From: an uncultured archaeon
GTDB taxonomy: Archaea > Asgardarchaeota > Lokiarchaeia > Sigyniarchaeales > SOKP01
Reading direction: 5' to 3'
Length of the DNA stretch: 64,000 nt
Assembly (NCBI GenBank): GCA_964486045.1
Contig: CAZALK010000009.1
Location: forward strand, 128,001-192,000
The notes below the pieces were generated by a model. The model had not been told where the DNA came from and did not search any database. It was given only the letters and a program-made list of their open reading frames with translations. Both the position numbers and the translations under genes were made by a program. Shown piece after piece: positions 29,649 through 40,582 of this stretch (positions are counted from its first letter, which is position 1; each line of letters starts with the position of its first letter).

Positions 29649-30752
29649 ATGTCAGAAAAAATCGTATATGTTGATGCAAAAACTCTTGAAAATTTCATGA
29701 GAGATGTTTTCATTGGACTTGAGGTGCCATACGAAGATGCAAAAATAATAGCTGAAGTTCTAATAACTTCTGATTTACGCGGAATTGATTCTCATGGTAT
29801 TCAGCGATGTAAAATGTACTATGACAGGATTAAGGCTGGTATTTATGAAGTAATTACGAAGATTGATATTATTAAAGAGGGGCCGACTACAGCTATATTG
29901 GATGGAAACTGCGGAATGGGGCACGTTATTGCCTATAAAGCAATGAAACTAGCAATAGATAAAGCAAAAAAATATGGTCTTGGAGCTGTAGCTGTACGTA
30001 ACGGTTCTCATTTTGGTATTGCAGGGTACTATTCCTTAATGGCAATTAAAGAGGGTATGATTGGTTTAGCTGTAACAAATGCACGACCTTCTATTCCTCC
30101 AACTTTTGGTGTAGAGCCAATGTTAGGTACCAATCCATTGACAATCGGGGCTCCTACAGACGAGATGTTTCCATTCCTATTAGATGCAGCAACTTCAATC
30201 ATTCAACGAGGTAAAGTTGAAGTATATGAAAGAATTAATAAAAATCTCCCCAAAAACACTGTTATTGACGAGAAAGGTGAATTCCTTACAGATGCGGGGA
30301 AAGTGTTACAAAAAATGGGTGAAAAAAAAGCTGCTTTGCTACCTTTAGGGGGAAAAGGGGAAGATACTGCAGGGTATAAAGGTTATGGGTATGCGACCGT
30401 TGTCGAATTATTATCTGCTGCTTTACAAAATGGAATTTTTTTGAGAGACACTATTGGTATTGTTGAGAATGGTCAAAAAAGGTTAAAAGTTGGACATTTC
30501 TTTTTAGCAATTAATATTGAAAGCTTCAACGGGCTTGATTCATTTAAGAAAACCGCAGGAAGCATTATGAAAGATTTAAGAGAATCTCCAAAGGAACCAG
30601 GAGCAAAGAAAATATATACAGCAGGAGAAAAGGAGTATATGATAGAAGAAGAAAGGAAAAAAACCGGGATCCCACTTAATAAGAGTTTGCAACAAGATAT
30701 AAAAACAATGAAAGAAGAACTCGGGTTAGATAATTATACTTTTAACTTTTAA
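29649..30752 (+). CDS. Ldh_2 family (malate/L-lactate/L-sulfolactate) dehydrogenase
   Basis: DLRGIDSHG, SHFG, GTNPL, GYKGYG. Confidence 0.92.
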   Translation: MSEKIVYVDAKTLENFMRDVFIGLEVPYEDAKIIAEVLITSDLRGIDSHGIQRCKMYYDRIKAGIYEVITKIDIIKEGPTTAILDGNCGMGHVIAYKAMKLAIDKAKKYGLGAVAVRNGSHFGIAGYYSLMAIKEGMIGLAVTNARPSIPPTFGVEPMLGTNPLTIGAPTDEMFPFLLDAATSIIQRGKVEVYERINKNLPKNTVIDEKGEFLTDAGKVLQKMGEKKAALLPLGGKGEDTAGYKGYGYATVVELLSAALQNGIFLRDTIGIVENGQKRLKVGHFFLAINIESFNGLDSFKKTAGSIMKDLRESPKEPGAKKIYTAGEKEYMIEEERKKTGIPLNKSLQQDIKTMKEELGLDNYTFNF

Positions 30753-30757
30753 TTGTA

Positions 30758-32197
30758 TTAAAAAATAATCCCTTGAGTTTGTCCCTCAATTGGTTCAGAA
30801 TGAAGAAATATTGTTTCTAGATTATCTATGCCTAATTCTTCTCTAATAATTTTCTCTAATTCAGAGATATAACTATGAATTTGTAATATATTTAATGACC
30901 CATCAAAAAAAACGTGCATCTCTAATATGCAATAGTCCATTGTAGCCCAAAATTCTAACCCATGATAACCCTTTACTTGCGAATGTTTTTTTAGCACTTC
31001 TTCAATTATCTCTCCTATTTGTTTTATCATTTCTGGTCCCACATCTGCACATTTAATTTGATTTGAGGACATTGGTTCACCATGTCTTTGACCTTCAATA
31101 TGAGTAATAACTCGTGATATATATGGTGCTTGTTTCTTTAATTCACTTTCAAAATGAGATGTTATCTCATGCGCCTTTGTGAGTGAAAGTGAATCATTCA
31201 TTACAACAATTAAGGAAATAAAATGTTCATCCTCAAGTCTGAAAACATTTAGATCTTTAAAATTAATAATATCTGGGTACTCTGATTTCATTGAATAAAT
31301 TAAATTAATCAATCCCTCTCCTATTGATTTCTCGCTAGCCAAAGGATTCATCTCGACTATACATTCAACATTATAAAAAGGAAAGAGTTTATTACTTGAA
31401 TTACGAATCGATTTTATTATTTCATTTGCATGTACAATAGAGATATGGTCTTCTACTGATAGATTAACTTCTAAAAATAAAGTTTTACCGGTTACTCGCA
31501 CTTTCAAATTATGGACACCAACTACATGTTCAAGGGCAAATATATCCGTCCTTAATTTTTCAATTATTATTACACTTACCGGATTTGTATCTGTTAAATC
31601 CTTTACACCACCTTTTGCAAGCTTAAACGCGCCGATAATGATCCATATTGAAAGAATAACACTAAATATTGGATCTAGAAATAATATATTAAAATAAGAG
31701 AAGATGAAACTAAAAATGACAATTACAGCTCGCATGGAATCTTGAAACAAATTTAATCCTTGAATCTCCATAGTAAGACTTTTCTGTTCCCTTCCTTCTG
31801 AAATTAATAATCGTGAAAATACTAAGTTCACTATAAATGAAATTACTAGAATTATTATCCCAACTTCGGGATTAAATACTTCCAACCTATTTGAAAGGAC
31901 TACTTGAATGGCGTTGTATATCAATAAACCATATATATTAATTAGAATTACACCTTGAATCAATCCAGAAATAGAATCTATTTTGCTGTGACCATACATA
32001 TGTTCATAATCAGCTGGTTTCTGGCTTGTATACAAGGAATATAGAGTGAGAGAAACAAATAAAATATCTGTAAATGTGTCTACAGTTTCAGATAAGAAGC
32101 TTAAACTACCTGTTAATAAAACCCCAATAAGTTTTATAGTTGACTGAAATAAAACAACAACAAGAGTAAAAAGTCCAAATTTTAATTTAGAATTCAT
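30758..32197 (-). CDS. Cation diffusion facilitator with three C-terminal ZT dimerisation domains
   Basis: KPADYEHMYGHSK, TM domain, repeated S..(H/K)AH/NEI cytoplasmic domains. Confidence 0.88.
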   Translation of the reverse strand: MNSKLKFGLFTLVVVLFQSTIKLIGVLLTGSLSFLSETVDTFTDILFVSLTLYSLYTSQKPADYEHMYGHSKIDSISGLIQGVILINIYGLLIYNAIQVVLSNRLEVFNPEVGIIILVISFIVNLVFSRLLISEGREQKSLTMEIQGLNLFQDSMRAVIVIFSFIFSYFNILFLDPIFSVILSIWIIIGAFKLAKGGVKDLTDTNPVSVIIIEKLRTDIFALEHVVGVHNLKVRVTGKTLFLEVNLSVEDHISIVHANEIIKSIRNSSNKLFPFYNVECIVEMNPLASEKSIGEGLINLIYSMKSEYPDIINFKDLNVFRLEDEHFISLIVVMNDSLSLTKAHEITSHFESELKKQAPYISRVITHIEGQRHGEPMSSNQIKCADVGPEMIKQIGEIIEEVLKKHSQVKGYHGLEFWATMDYCILEMHVFFDGSLNILQIHSYISELEKIIREELGIDNLETIFLHSEPIEGQTQGIIF

Positions 32198-32209
32198 CTC
32201 TAGAATAAC

Positions 32210-32722
32210 TTAATTTTTTTCTGGTTTATATTTTTTTAAATTTGGAAAGAATAAATTCACTTTTTTTTTATAATGGGTATATTCTTCACCAAATTTATGT
32301 AATAAATATTTTTCTTCTTTTCTGATAAAAATTCTAACGATTATGTAATATATCGGAAGAAGTAGAAATATAAGCCAACTATCGAAAAAACAAAAAATAC
32401 CAGGAAGTATAGCTAAGCCCCAAATTGCGTACATTGGATGCCTTACATGTGCATAGGTTTTTGAGGTTATTAATTCAGATGCATTGTAAGCGGGTTTAAG
32501 TATTTTCTCAGAGCGAATAAATATAAAAACACCTAATATTATTAGAATGGATCCAATAAATACCATCCAATAATATTCAATGGGATTCTGAAAAATTGGG
32601 CGATATACTGAATTTATTACTCCAAATAAAATTAGAAATGGGCTCAAAGTCGTCAATATTTTAGGACCAACACCTAATAACGGAAAATTCTCTTTACCTT
32701 TGTCTTTATCTTGGTTACTCAA
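32210..32722 (-). CDS. Isoprenylcysteine carboxyl methyltransferase family protein
   Basis: YAHVRHPMY, EEKYL..KFGEEY..Y. Confidence 0.85.
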   Translation of the reverse strand: MSNQDKDKGKENFPLLGVGPKILTTLSPFLILFGVINSVYRPIFQNPIEYYWMVFIGSILIILGVFIFIRSEKILKPAYNASELITSKTYAHVRHPMYAIWGLAILPGIFCFFDSWLIFLLLPIYYIIVRIFIRKEEKYLLHKFGEEYTHYKKKVNLFFPNLKKYKPEKN

Positions 32723-33029
32723 AATTTCTTCAAAACTTTTTTAATCTTATTAAAGGAGTCAAATTAATGAAAATTCCTAATTATATGAATTTAATACGGC
32801 ATCAAATATTAAATATTGAGAGAATTACAGAATTATTTGGCTGAAATATGGTTTTAAACGGAGATTTGTCATGAGATACTATTTTTTTTTTCACACCCTT
32901 TTACACTACTAAAAACTTCAGAAATTAGCTTATACAACAAAGTCATAACCTTTATCCTACCTTTTAATATATGAATGATTTAATTAATAAATATATAAAT
33001 GTTTACATATAGATAACCGATAATTAGAT

Positions 33030-34580
33030 TTGGTGAAAAGCTTAATAAAAGCAAATGATAATCAATTACTAAGAAATGATAGTTCAGGATTTCTAAAAAG
33101 AGTTTCTGATACGAAAGCCAAGACTAAAACTATAAAATTAGATCTAATAATCTGGAATATTATCAACAAATTTAATTTTACAAAATTTTTTCATCTTTTT
33201 ATTAAAAATTGTCCTTCTTGTGGGAGAATATTTTCTGAAATTTTTATTGATTATTATATAAGTAAAGAGATTAAATGTAAAAAGTGTAAATACAAGACGA
33301 TATTTTCTACACTCCTGATTTCCTTCGTTCTAAATGCTGTCAGCAGAAGTTTAAATATCCCAAAAAAAAGATTTCCTGAGATATTGAGAGAAAATAAGCC
33401 TTTAAAGAGATTAGCTTTATCGTATATTGAAGGAATTGGAAAATTTGGAATGAAAATCCCCACGGTACCTATTGGTCCTCCTGTTGTTTTTTGGTCAGTT
33501 ACCCATCGCTGTAATTTAAATTGTACTCATTGCTATGTCGATCAAGATGTCAGCGAAATGCCCTATAATGAAGCTTGCAATGTAATTGACCAGTTGTCAG
33601 AAGCGAAAAATTTTATTCTCATATTTTTTGGTGGAGAAGCACTTCTTCGAAATGATATTTTTGATCTTATGAGATACGCCACAGAAAAAAATATCAATGT
33701 CGCTCTTGCATCTAATGGAACTTTAATAAATGCTGAAAAAGCCAAAAAACTGAAAGAAATTGGTGTTGGATATGTTCAAGTAAGTATTGATGGTTTAAAA
33801 GACATTCATGAGCAAATTCGGGGGAAGGATACATATGAAAAAGCAATTTCTGCTATTAAACATTGTTTAAATGAAGGTCTATATACATGCATAGGAACAA
33901 CTATTACTAAATTGAATGTTCATCAATTTTATGAACTTGTTGATTTAGCAAAATCTCTAAAAGTTCAAAAATTTGAAATTGTAGATTTTGTACCATCAGG
34001 TAAAGCATCGCTTCAAGCCCATATAACCTTAGACCCCCTTCAAATAGAAAGGTTTAGCGTTATTGTATGTGATACATGGCAAAAACTTATTGAAGAAGGG
34101 TATCCATTGACTCTCTCATACAAAAATCCCATTTTCGGTAGAGTCTTGGCACAACGGTTTCCAAAAGTGATGATTGCACCATTTTTTAAAAGTGTCTTTT
34201 CACAAGAGGCATTATCTTATTTTAATTTCTCTGAGAGACTTCAGAGTGGTGTATTTAGTAAACAAAGCCCTTTCTCTCCTTTTATTACAGGGTGTGAATG
34301 CGGTGTTTTTACAGTGCATATTAAATCCAATGGAGAAGTTACCCCTTGTCCTCTTAACCAGGCATCTTTGGGTAATGTTAAAAACCAACATATTCAAAAA
34401 ATTTGGTTAGAATCTCCTATTTTAAATCAGTATCGTGGTTTGGAATTTGAGGGTCAATGTGGTAAATGTAATTACAAAAGTATATGTGGAGGGTGTAGAG
34501 CAAAAGCATTCAATTCAACAGGGAGTTCTGTAACAACGGATCCGACATGTATGCTAGAAATAAGAAATATAAAAATCTAG
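33030..34580 (+). CDS. Radical SAM/SPASM domain protein
   Basis: CNLNCTHC, GGE, SIDG; SPASM GEVTPCP..CGKC..CGGCRA..DPTC. Confidence 0.9.
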   Translation: MVKSLIKANDNQLLRNDSSGFLKRVSDTKAKTKTIKLDLIIWNIINKFNFTKFFHLFIKNCPSCGRIFSEIFIDYYISKEIKCKKCKYKTIFSTLLISFVLNAVSRSLNIPKKRFPEILRENKPLKRLALSYIEGIGKFGMKIPTVPIGPPVVFWSVTHRCNLNCTHCYVDQDVSEMPYNEACNVIDQLSEAKNFILIFFGGEALLRNDIFDLMRYATEKNINVALASNGTLINAEKAKKLKEIGVGYVQVSIDGLKDIHEQIRGKDTYEKAISAIKHCLNEGLYTCIGTTITKLNVHQFYELVDLAKSLKVQKFEIVDFVPSGKASLQAHITLDPLQIERFSVIVCDTWQKLIEEGYPLTLSYKNPIFGRVLAQRFPKVMIAPFFKSVFSQEALSYFNFSERLQSGVFSKQSPFSPFITGCECGVFTVHIKSNGEVTPCPLNQASLGNVKNQHIQKIWLESPILNQYRGLEFEGQCGKCNYKSICGGCRAKAFNSTGSSVTTDPTCMLEIRNIKI

Positions 34581-34629
34581 AACGCTAATTTATTATTCGG
34601 ATTTATTTTATCTACAATTAATTATTATT

Positions 34630-36621
34630 TTGAAAATATCAATAAAATCATGTGTTGGTCTCTCAAAATTGAGGAATTTAGAGGAGATAAATCCTAAGGC
34701 ATTTATACAACTAAAAAGTGCTATTTATAAGACATTGGAGACATATTCCAATGTACATAGAGGAACAGGTCATAATTCAATAATAACTACTGCATTGTTT
34801 GATCAAGCACGAGAAATTATACTTGAACATTTAAGGTTGGATAAAAAAAAATTCGCAGTAGTTTTTTGCAACCCCCGAAGATTGAGAATGTTTCAATTAC
34901 AATTAAAGTTATCAAATTATCATGTCATTTCAAGTAAAGAGTATGGATTACCTTTAGGCATAAGAGCTTTAATAGCTAAGAAAAAAAACTTACGTAAATG
35001 TTCTATGATATTTACAGGAGGCGGAATAATTAAACAGGTGACTTCTAATTCAGTTGTATGGGAAGAAATTCCAGAGAGATTTGAGGCTGGTACACCTAGT
35101 ATTGTTAATGTAATAACTCTTGCAATAGTTATTAAATTAACTGCAAAATTCGGTAAATTCATTAAAAAAAATAAACTAATTCATCCTCTTTCCATGCAAG
35201 AATTAATTTATCAAGATCAAATATTCGAATACAGTGGAAAAAAATTACTAGCTAAACTTAGGGATTTATTAATTGGTCGAGATATTGTAGTTCCTACAAT
35301 AAATGGTTTAGAATCGTTTACTAATTTAGATAATGCTGCTAGTACTCCCACATTTATACCAATTTGGGATACATATTGGAAAACATTACAACAACCAGAA
35401 CAAAATTCTAAACAAATTATTCATGAAGCTAAAAACATAATCTCTAATTTTTTAGACGCCCCTTTGAAGAAATATGATATAATTTTTACTTCAAATACGA
35501 CTGAGGCTATAAACATTGTCGCCCAAAGTTTAATTAGATTGTCTCGAGAAAAAATAGAACCTGTAATTGTAAATACTGTATTAGAACACCATTCTAATGA
35601 GCTCCCCTTCCGCTTTATTCCTAATTCATCATTAATTAGAACAGCAATCGATGATAAAGGGTTTGTAGATTTGAATGAATTGGAATCTGTTCTCTCAGAA
35701 TATAATCAGGATCATAAACACGGGAATAAACGGATCCTTATCGTTGCTGTGAGTGGCATATCTAATGTTCTTGGAACTTATACTGATCTTTTCGCAATTA
35801 GCAAAATTACTCATAAGTATGGTGCGAATCTACTTGTTGATGGGGCACAGATAGTTGCACATCATAAAATTGAATTAGAAAAACTTGATATTGACTATTT
35901 TGCTTTTTCAGGACATAAAAATTATGCCCCTTTTGGAAGTGGGGCTCTGATAGCTAAAAAAAATCATTTAAAATTCGAAACTAAAGAATTAAGTGAAATT
36001 AGAGAATCTAATGAAGAAAATGTATGCGGGATTGCAACAATGGGAAAGGCAATCTTGCTCTTAGAAAAGATTGGTATTGAAATTATCGAAGACCATGAAA
36101 AACAATTAACGCAACTTACTTTAAACAGATTAAACAAAATAAAAGATGTGGAAGTTTTTGGAGTTATTGACCCTAATTCAAGCAACTTTAGTAATCGGGG
36201 GAGCATTATCTCTTTTAGTTTGAAAACAATTCCACATAATCTAGCGGCTAAAGAACTTGCCGAATATGGGGGAATCGGTATACGCAATGGTTGTTTCTGT
36301 GCTCATATGTTAATTCAACAAATACTTAAAGTTCAACAAATTAGAATTCTAGGATCAGAGATGACTTCAATAATAATGCCAGGAAAAACGAGAATGTTAC
36401 TTCCTGGATTATTAAGAGTAAGTTTTGGTATTGAAAATGATGAAAGGGATGTAGATATTTTATTAAAGACAATTGATACCATAATGAAAAAACCACGATC
36501 ACAGATAAATAAGCTTCTTAGCTACATCTATAATGGAACGGTTTTTGTCCCTAAAACTAAAACTGGGGAAAAAATAAAAGGATTTGTTAAGCTTATTATT
36601 AAAAAAGTTTATTCAAACTAA
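34630..36621 (+). CDS. Class V PLP aminotransferase (cysteine desulfurase-like) with extra N-terminal partial domain
   Basis: YSNVHRG, RFEAGTP, LDNAAST, EHHSN, DGAQ, FSGHK, RNGCFCAH. Confidence 0.85.
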   Translation: MKISIKSCVGLSKLRNLEEINPKAFIQLKSAIYKTLETYSNVHRGTGHNSIITTALFDQAREIILEHLRLDKKKFAVVFCNPRRLRMFQLQLKLSNYHVISSKEYGLPLGIRALIAKKKNLRKCSMIFTGGGIIKQVTSNSVVWEEIPERFEAGTPSIVNVITLAIVIKLTAKFGKFIKKNKLIHPLSMQELIYQDQIFEYSGKKLLAKLRDLLIGRDIVVPTINGLESFTNLDNAASTPTFIPIWDTYWKTLQQPEQNSKQIIHEAKNIISNFLDAPLKKYDIIFTSNTTEAINIVAQSLIRLSREKIEPVIVNTVLEHHSNELPFRFIPNSSLIRTAIDDKGFVDLNELESVLSEYNQDHKHGNKRILIVAVSGISNVLGTYTDLFAISKITHKYGANLLVDGAQIVAHHKIELEKLDIDYFAFSGHKNYAPFGSGALIAKKNHLKFETKELSEIRESNEENVCGIATMGKAILLLEKIGIEIIEDHEKQLTQLTLNRLNKIKDVEVFGVIDPNSSNFSNRGSIISFSLKTIPHNLAAKELAEYGGIGIRNGCFCAHMLIQQILKVQQIRILGSEMTSIIMPGKTRMLLPGLLRVSFGIENDERDVDILLKTIDTIMKKPRSQINKLLSYIYNGTVFVPKTKTGEKIKGFVKLIIKKVYSN

Positions 36622-36646
36622 AAATATTAATGGATTTAACCAAATT

Positions 36647-37519
36647 TTATGTAAACTCCCCACTTGCTATAATAAAAGCTTTTCCACCAACTGAAACACT
36701 GATTTTACCTTCAATCTCCTCTGCTTTTAATAATAATAAGCTAGGTCTACCAACTTCATATCCCTGTTCCACTCTAACATCGATACTGTTTTTACCAAAA
36801 TATTGACGATTTACCAAATATGCTGCCAAACAACCATTACCTGAACCAGTCGCAGGATCCTCAAATCCAGGAACTTCTGTAAAAACACGAACACTCAAAT
36901 GATTTCCTTTGTTACGGGCTTCAGGACAGAATATTAATATTGATTTAGCACTTGTATTTTCTACTAAATCAAAAAATCTTTCTCGTCCGACTCGAGCTCT
37001 TTTTAAAGCATCTAGATTCTTTAACGGGACAATTATGTGAGGAAGACCTGTTGAAACTTCTTGAATTGGAAACCTAATATCAATATCTTCCTCCTTTAAG
37101 TATAATGTTTTTGCAATTAATTCAGGATCAAAGAATTTCCCAAATGCAGGAATATTCTGTTCCATCCATATTTCTTCGGTATCCCCAGATTTATATTTAA
37201 ATAGAATAGGTATTTGTCCAATTTTAAGATTTAAGGACAGAGTTTTGACATTAGATTTTATAATTTCTTTTTGAAAAACATAAGCAGTTCCTATAGTTGG
37301 GTGACCTGCAAAAGGCAATTCTACGTCAGGTGTAAAAATACGAATGTTAAAATCTTTAATAGATGTAATAAATGTAGTTTCAGAAAAATTCATTTCTCTT
37401 GCTATTTTTTGCATTTCGGTATCGGAAAAAATATCTTCTGCTAAAAAAACAGCAAGTTGATTCCCTTCATACTTTTTTTCAGCAAACACATCAACGATAT
37501 AAAATTTACATTTCGGCAA
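36647..37519 (-). CDS. PhzF family epimerase/isomerase
   Basis: VDVF..GNQLAV, FSETTF, ELPFAGHPT, EDPATGS. Confidence 0.93.
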   Translation of the reverse strand: MPKCKFYIVDVFAEKKYEGNQLAVFLAEDIFSDTEMQKIAREMNFSETTFITSIKDFNIRIFTPDVELPFAGHPTIGTAYVFQKEIIKSNVKTLSLNLKIGQIPILFKYKSGDTEEIWMEQNIPAFGKFFDPELIAKTLYLKEEDIDIRFPIQEVSTGLPHIIVPLKNLDALKRARVGRERFFDLVENTSAKSILIFCPEARNKGNHLSVRVFTEVPGFEDPATGSGNGCLAAYLVNRQYFGKNSIDVRVEQGYEVGRPSLLLLKAEEIEGKISVSVGGKAFIIASGEFT

Positions 37520-37613
37520 ATTTAATCCCTCTTTCTTGTTAAAGCTTAAGGTATAAGATAAATAGTAGTGTTATAAAGATAAATGTTTTTTATTTCTTTT
37601 TAACCTTAATTTT

Positions 37614-38480
37614 CTATCTTTTTACTGGGGAAGCATAGCAATAATCACAATTATGTCTACATCGAAATATTCCTGTATAACCCCCTATATCTTTGGATTT
37701 AAAACATCCACAATCTGTTCTCTGTCCAGTGTCCTTTATTTTTGGAATCTTCTCGTTAATTAATTTTTCAATTTTAAATGCATCAATACAGTGAGCCTGC
37801 TCTATTCCTTCGATCTCTAATAAATCAGGTTGACAACAAGCTTTCATTTGTAAATTAAATTCAAGGCATATTTTCATTAGGATTTCTAAAATCTCCCTCT
37901 TCTTCTCTAATGCTGGATCAATGGGGATATAACCTCTAGCATTCATCCTATTATTCACCTTGGAATATATAGTTGCAAATGAGAAAATGATTTCTGTTAT
38001 TCCTTTATTGGCTACCTTTTCAATGATACTTTTAAACTTATCCAAATTATTTTTTATTTGATTTGAATCTTGAACTTTGTAAAATATTATAGGATCAAAT
38101 CTGTAATTGACAGCGGATAAACTAAATTCTTTAATAAGCCATTCTAATTGTTCAAATCGTTTGCCTAATGAAATTTTGAGATTTTTTTCTAATTGTGATG
38201 GAGAATTAATTGTAAATTGAAAAGAGTGTCCTTTAAACGACTTGAAAAGATTTCTATTATTCTTATATACCCTAATCCATTCTTCGAAATTTTTGCTCCA
38301 CCATACAATACATTTTACATCTTTCGGGTTTAATGAAACTCGAGTCACCTGTTTACGATTAAAAGGATTAGCTACATCAACATAACCCTCCTCTATTCTT
38401 TTTAGAACCCAATCCATTAAAAAGGCTGGTATGTCTGTTCTACGTGAACATGAAATTATTGGAGATTTAATAAGATTCAT
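37614..38480 (-). CDS. DUF1848 family protein (SPL/radical SAM-like)
   Basis: IISCSRRTDIPAF, RFDPI, CGC..S.DIG.Y..CRHNCDYCYA. Confidence 0.88.
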   Translation of the reverse strand: MNLIKSPIISCSRRTDIPAFLMDWVLKRIEEGYVDVANPFNRKQVTRVSLNPKDVKCIVWWSKNFEEWIRVYKNNRNLFKSFKGHSFQFTINSPSQLEKNLKISLGKRFEQLEWLIKEFSLSAVNYRFDPIIFYKVQDSNQIKNNLDKFKSIIEKVANKGITEIIFSFATIYSKVNNRMNARGYIPIDPALEKKREILEILMKICLEFNLQMKACCQPDLLEIEGIEQAHCIDAFKIEKLINEKIPKIKDTGQRTDCGCFKSKDIGGYTGIFRCRHNCDYCYASPVKR

Positions 38481-38534
38481 TAAGTTTATGGATAGTTTTA
38501 ATAATTATTTCAATGATTCTTAAAATTTATAGAT

Positions 38535-39404
38535 TTAAATTAAAACTCCTAATAGATAAGAAATTGATCCAAACTGCATTATGAAAAACACCCAGCCTCT
38601 CAATTTTATGATATTAACGCGATTTTGGTTTTTTAAGAGAGATCTTGAGAGTATAATATAAAAAATGACTGGTATTAGTATAAGCATTAAGAACATAAAA
38701 TCTAAATACAAGCGTGGATCAATATTTAGAAAAAAAGGTAACGGATCTAAAATAACTATAACAATGTAGAACAGAGTAGAAATTTGTGCCGCTTTTTTAG
38801 TACCGAATCTCGTAGAAATTGTGTTTATGCCTTGTTCGTTATCACCTTTTACGTCAGCTATATCAAACATAATTTCAGTTGCAAATCCTACAATGAATCC
38901 CATAATTGCATAGTATATTATTAAGGGTTCAAGATATGAATCTATAATAAGCGATCCTAAGAAAATCGTACTTAAATATGAGAAAGCAATTAAAAAATTT
39001 TTAACGTACAATTTTTTCTTTAAACCCATACTATATACATAAAATATGGGTAAACTAATAAATACGAGAATCATTGCTATAAAGTTTAAGAAAAAGCTAA
39101 GAAAAATGACTATAAGAAATGATGATATCGCTGTAATTAAAGCTGTTTTTCTCGATATTAACTTAGTAACTAAAGGACGATCACTCCTATTATTAGCTTT
39201 ATCAACCTCAAAATCATAATAATCATTAATAGCGAATGCTCCTGATGCAGAAATTAAAACAATAAAAAAGGCAAATAAGTATTCAACTTGAAAACCTACC
39301 AGGTCTCCAGCAAGAAATCCTGAAATAATCAATCCGATACACCCAAATAATGATACTCCAAATCTTGTTAGTTTCAGAAAGCCAGCAATTTTATGTTTAA
39401 ACAT
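38535..39404 (-). CDS. UbiA family prenyltransferase (DGGGP synthase-like)
   Basis: NDYYDFEVDKAN..RPL, DIADVKGD, multiple TM helices. Confidence 0.88.
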   Translation of the reverse strand: MFKHKIAGFLKLTRFGVSLFGCIGLIISGFLAGDLVGFQVEYLFAFFIVLISASGAFAINDYYDFEVDKANNRSDRPLVTKLISRKTALITAISSFLIVIFLSFFLNFIAMILVFISLPIFYVYSMGLKKKLYVKNFLIAFSYLSTIFLGSLIIDSYLEPLIIYYAIMGFIVGFATEIMFDIADVKGDNEQGINTISTRFGTKKAAQISTLFYIVIVILDPLPFFLNIDPRLYLDFMFLMLILIPVIFYIILSRSLLKNQNRVNIIKLRGWVFFIMQFGSISYLLGVLI

Positions 39405-39533
39405 GATCTGTTAAAAAAAATTCTGAATAATAATCAATATTAAATCTAAAATTCGAAATAAATCTACCCTATATTTTTTATAAAACTTCTTTCTAAATCA
39501 TCTTTTTTAAAGCTTGAAATATTTTAAATTATT

Positions 39534-40556
39534 ATGATTCCTTCGATAGAATGGACTTCTGATAATAAAGTCAAGATGATTGATCAGACTCTTTTACCTC
39601 ACAGCCTTGAATTCTTAAAGTTTGACGATTACAGGGATGTTGCCATATCAATAAAAGTAATGAATATCCGGGGTGCTCCTGCAATAGGTGTTGCAGCTGC
39701 GATGGGTGTTGCTTTAGCGACAATTGAATTTAAAGACTTAGCAAGGGATCGCTTTCTTGAAAAAATGAGGGAAGCCGCTGATATAATTAGTAGTACAAGA
39801 CCAACAGCATCAAATTTATTTTGGGCAGTAGATAGAATTTGGAAAATAATAAGTGAATATCCAGACAATCCGAATGGGATATCTGAACTTGTTATCGAAG
39901 AAGCAAAACTAATGGCTCAAGAAGATATCACTGTCAATAAAAGTATAGGAAAAAATGGGGCAGAATTGTTGAATGATGGCGATGTCGTGCTTACACATTG
40001 TAATGCAGGTTCTCTTGCAACAGTTCAGTATGGCACAGCATTAGCACCTGTTAGGGCTGCCATAGAACAAAGAAAGAAAATAAGCGTTATCGCAGATGAA
40101 ACAAGACCCCGACTACAAGGAGCAAGACTAACTGCTTATGAGCTACATTATGATAAAATACCAGTCAGTGTAATTACCGATACTTCTTCAGGATTATTAA
40201 TGAGATTAGGGAAAGTTAATAAAGTTATCGTAGGAACTGACCGAGTAACCTCGGATGCTGTATTTAATAAAATAGGAACTTATTTAGTAGCTTTAGCAGC
40301 AAAAGATAATAACATTCCTTTCTATGTTGCTGCCCCCACTTCTACTTTGTCTCTTCATGAGACTATTAAAGATGTGACAATTGAACAACGGGATAGTAGT
40401 GAAGTAAGCAATGTGTTAGGCAAAGTTCAAATTGTTCCGGATGGTGTTGAATGCTTGAATTATGCATTTGACTTTACACCATTCAGATTGGTTACCGGTG
40501 TTATTACTGAAGATGGTGTCTTTACTCATGAGGAGCTTCTTAAAAAATACAAATAA
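39534..40556 (+). CDS. mtnA: S-methyl-5-thioribose-1-phosphate isomerase (eIF2B-related family)
   Basis: IDQTLLP, IRGAPAIG, TRPTASNL, THCNAGSLA, ETRPRLQGARLT, NKIGTY. Confidence 0.9.
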   Translation: MIPSIEWTSDNKVKMIDQTLLPHSLEFLKFDDYRDVAISIKVMNIRGAPAIGVAAAMGVALATIEFKDLARDRFLEKMREAADIISSTRPTASNLFWAVDRIWKIISEYPDNPNGISELVIEEAKLMAQEDITVNKSIGKNGAELLNDGDVVLTHCNAGSLATVQYGTALAPVRAAIEQRKKISVIADETRPRLQGARLTAYELHYDKIPVSVITDTSSGLLMRLGKVNKVIVGTDRVTSDAVFNKIGTYLVALAAKDNNIPFYVAAPTSTLSLHETIKDVTIEQRDSSEVSNVLGKVQIVPDGVECLNYAFDFTPFRLVTGVITEDGVFTHEELLKKYK

Positions 40557-40582
40557 AGTAATGGGACTAATACTTTGAATTT

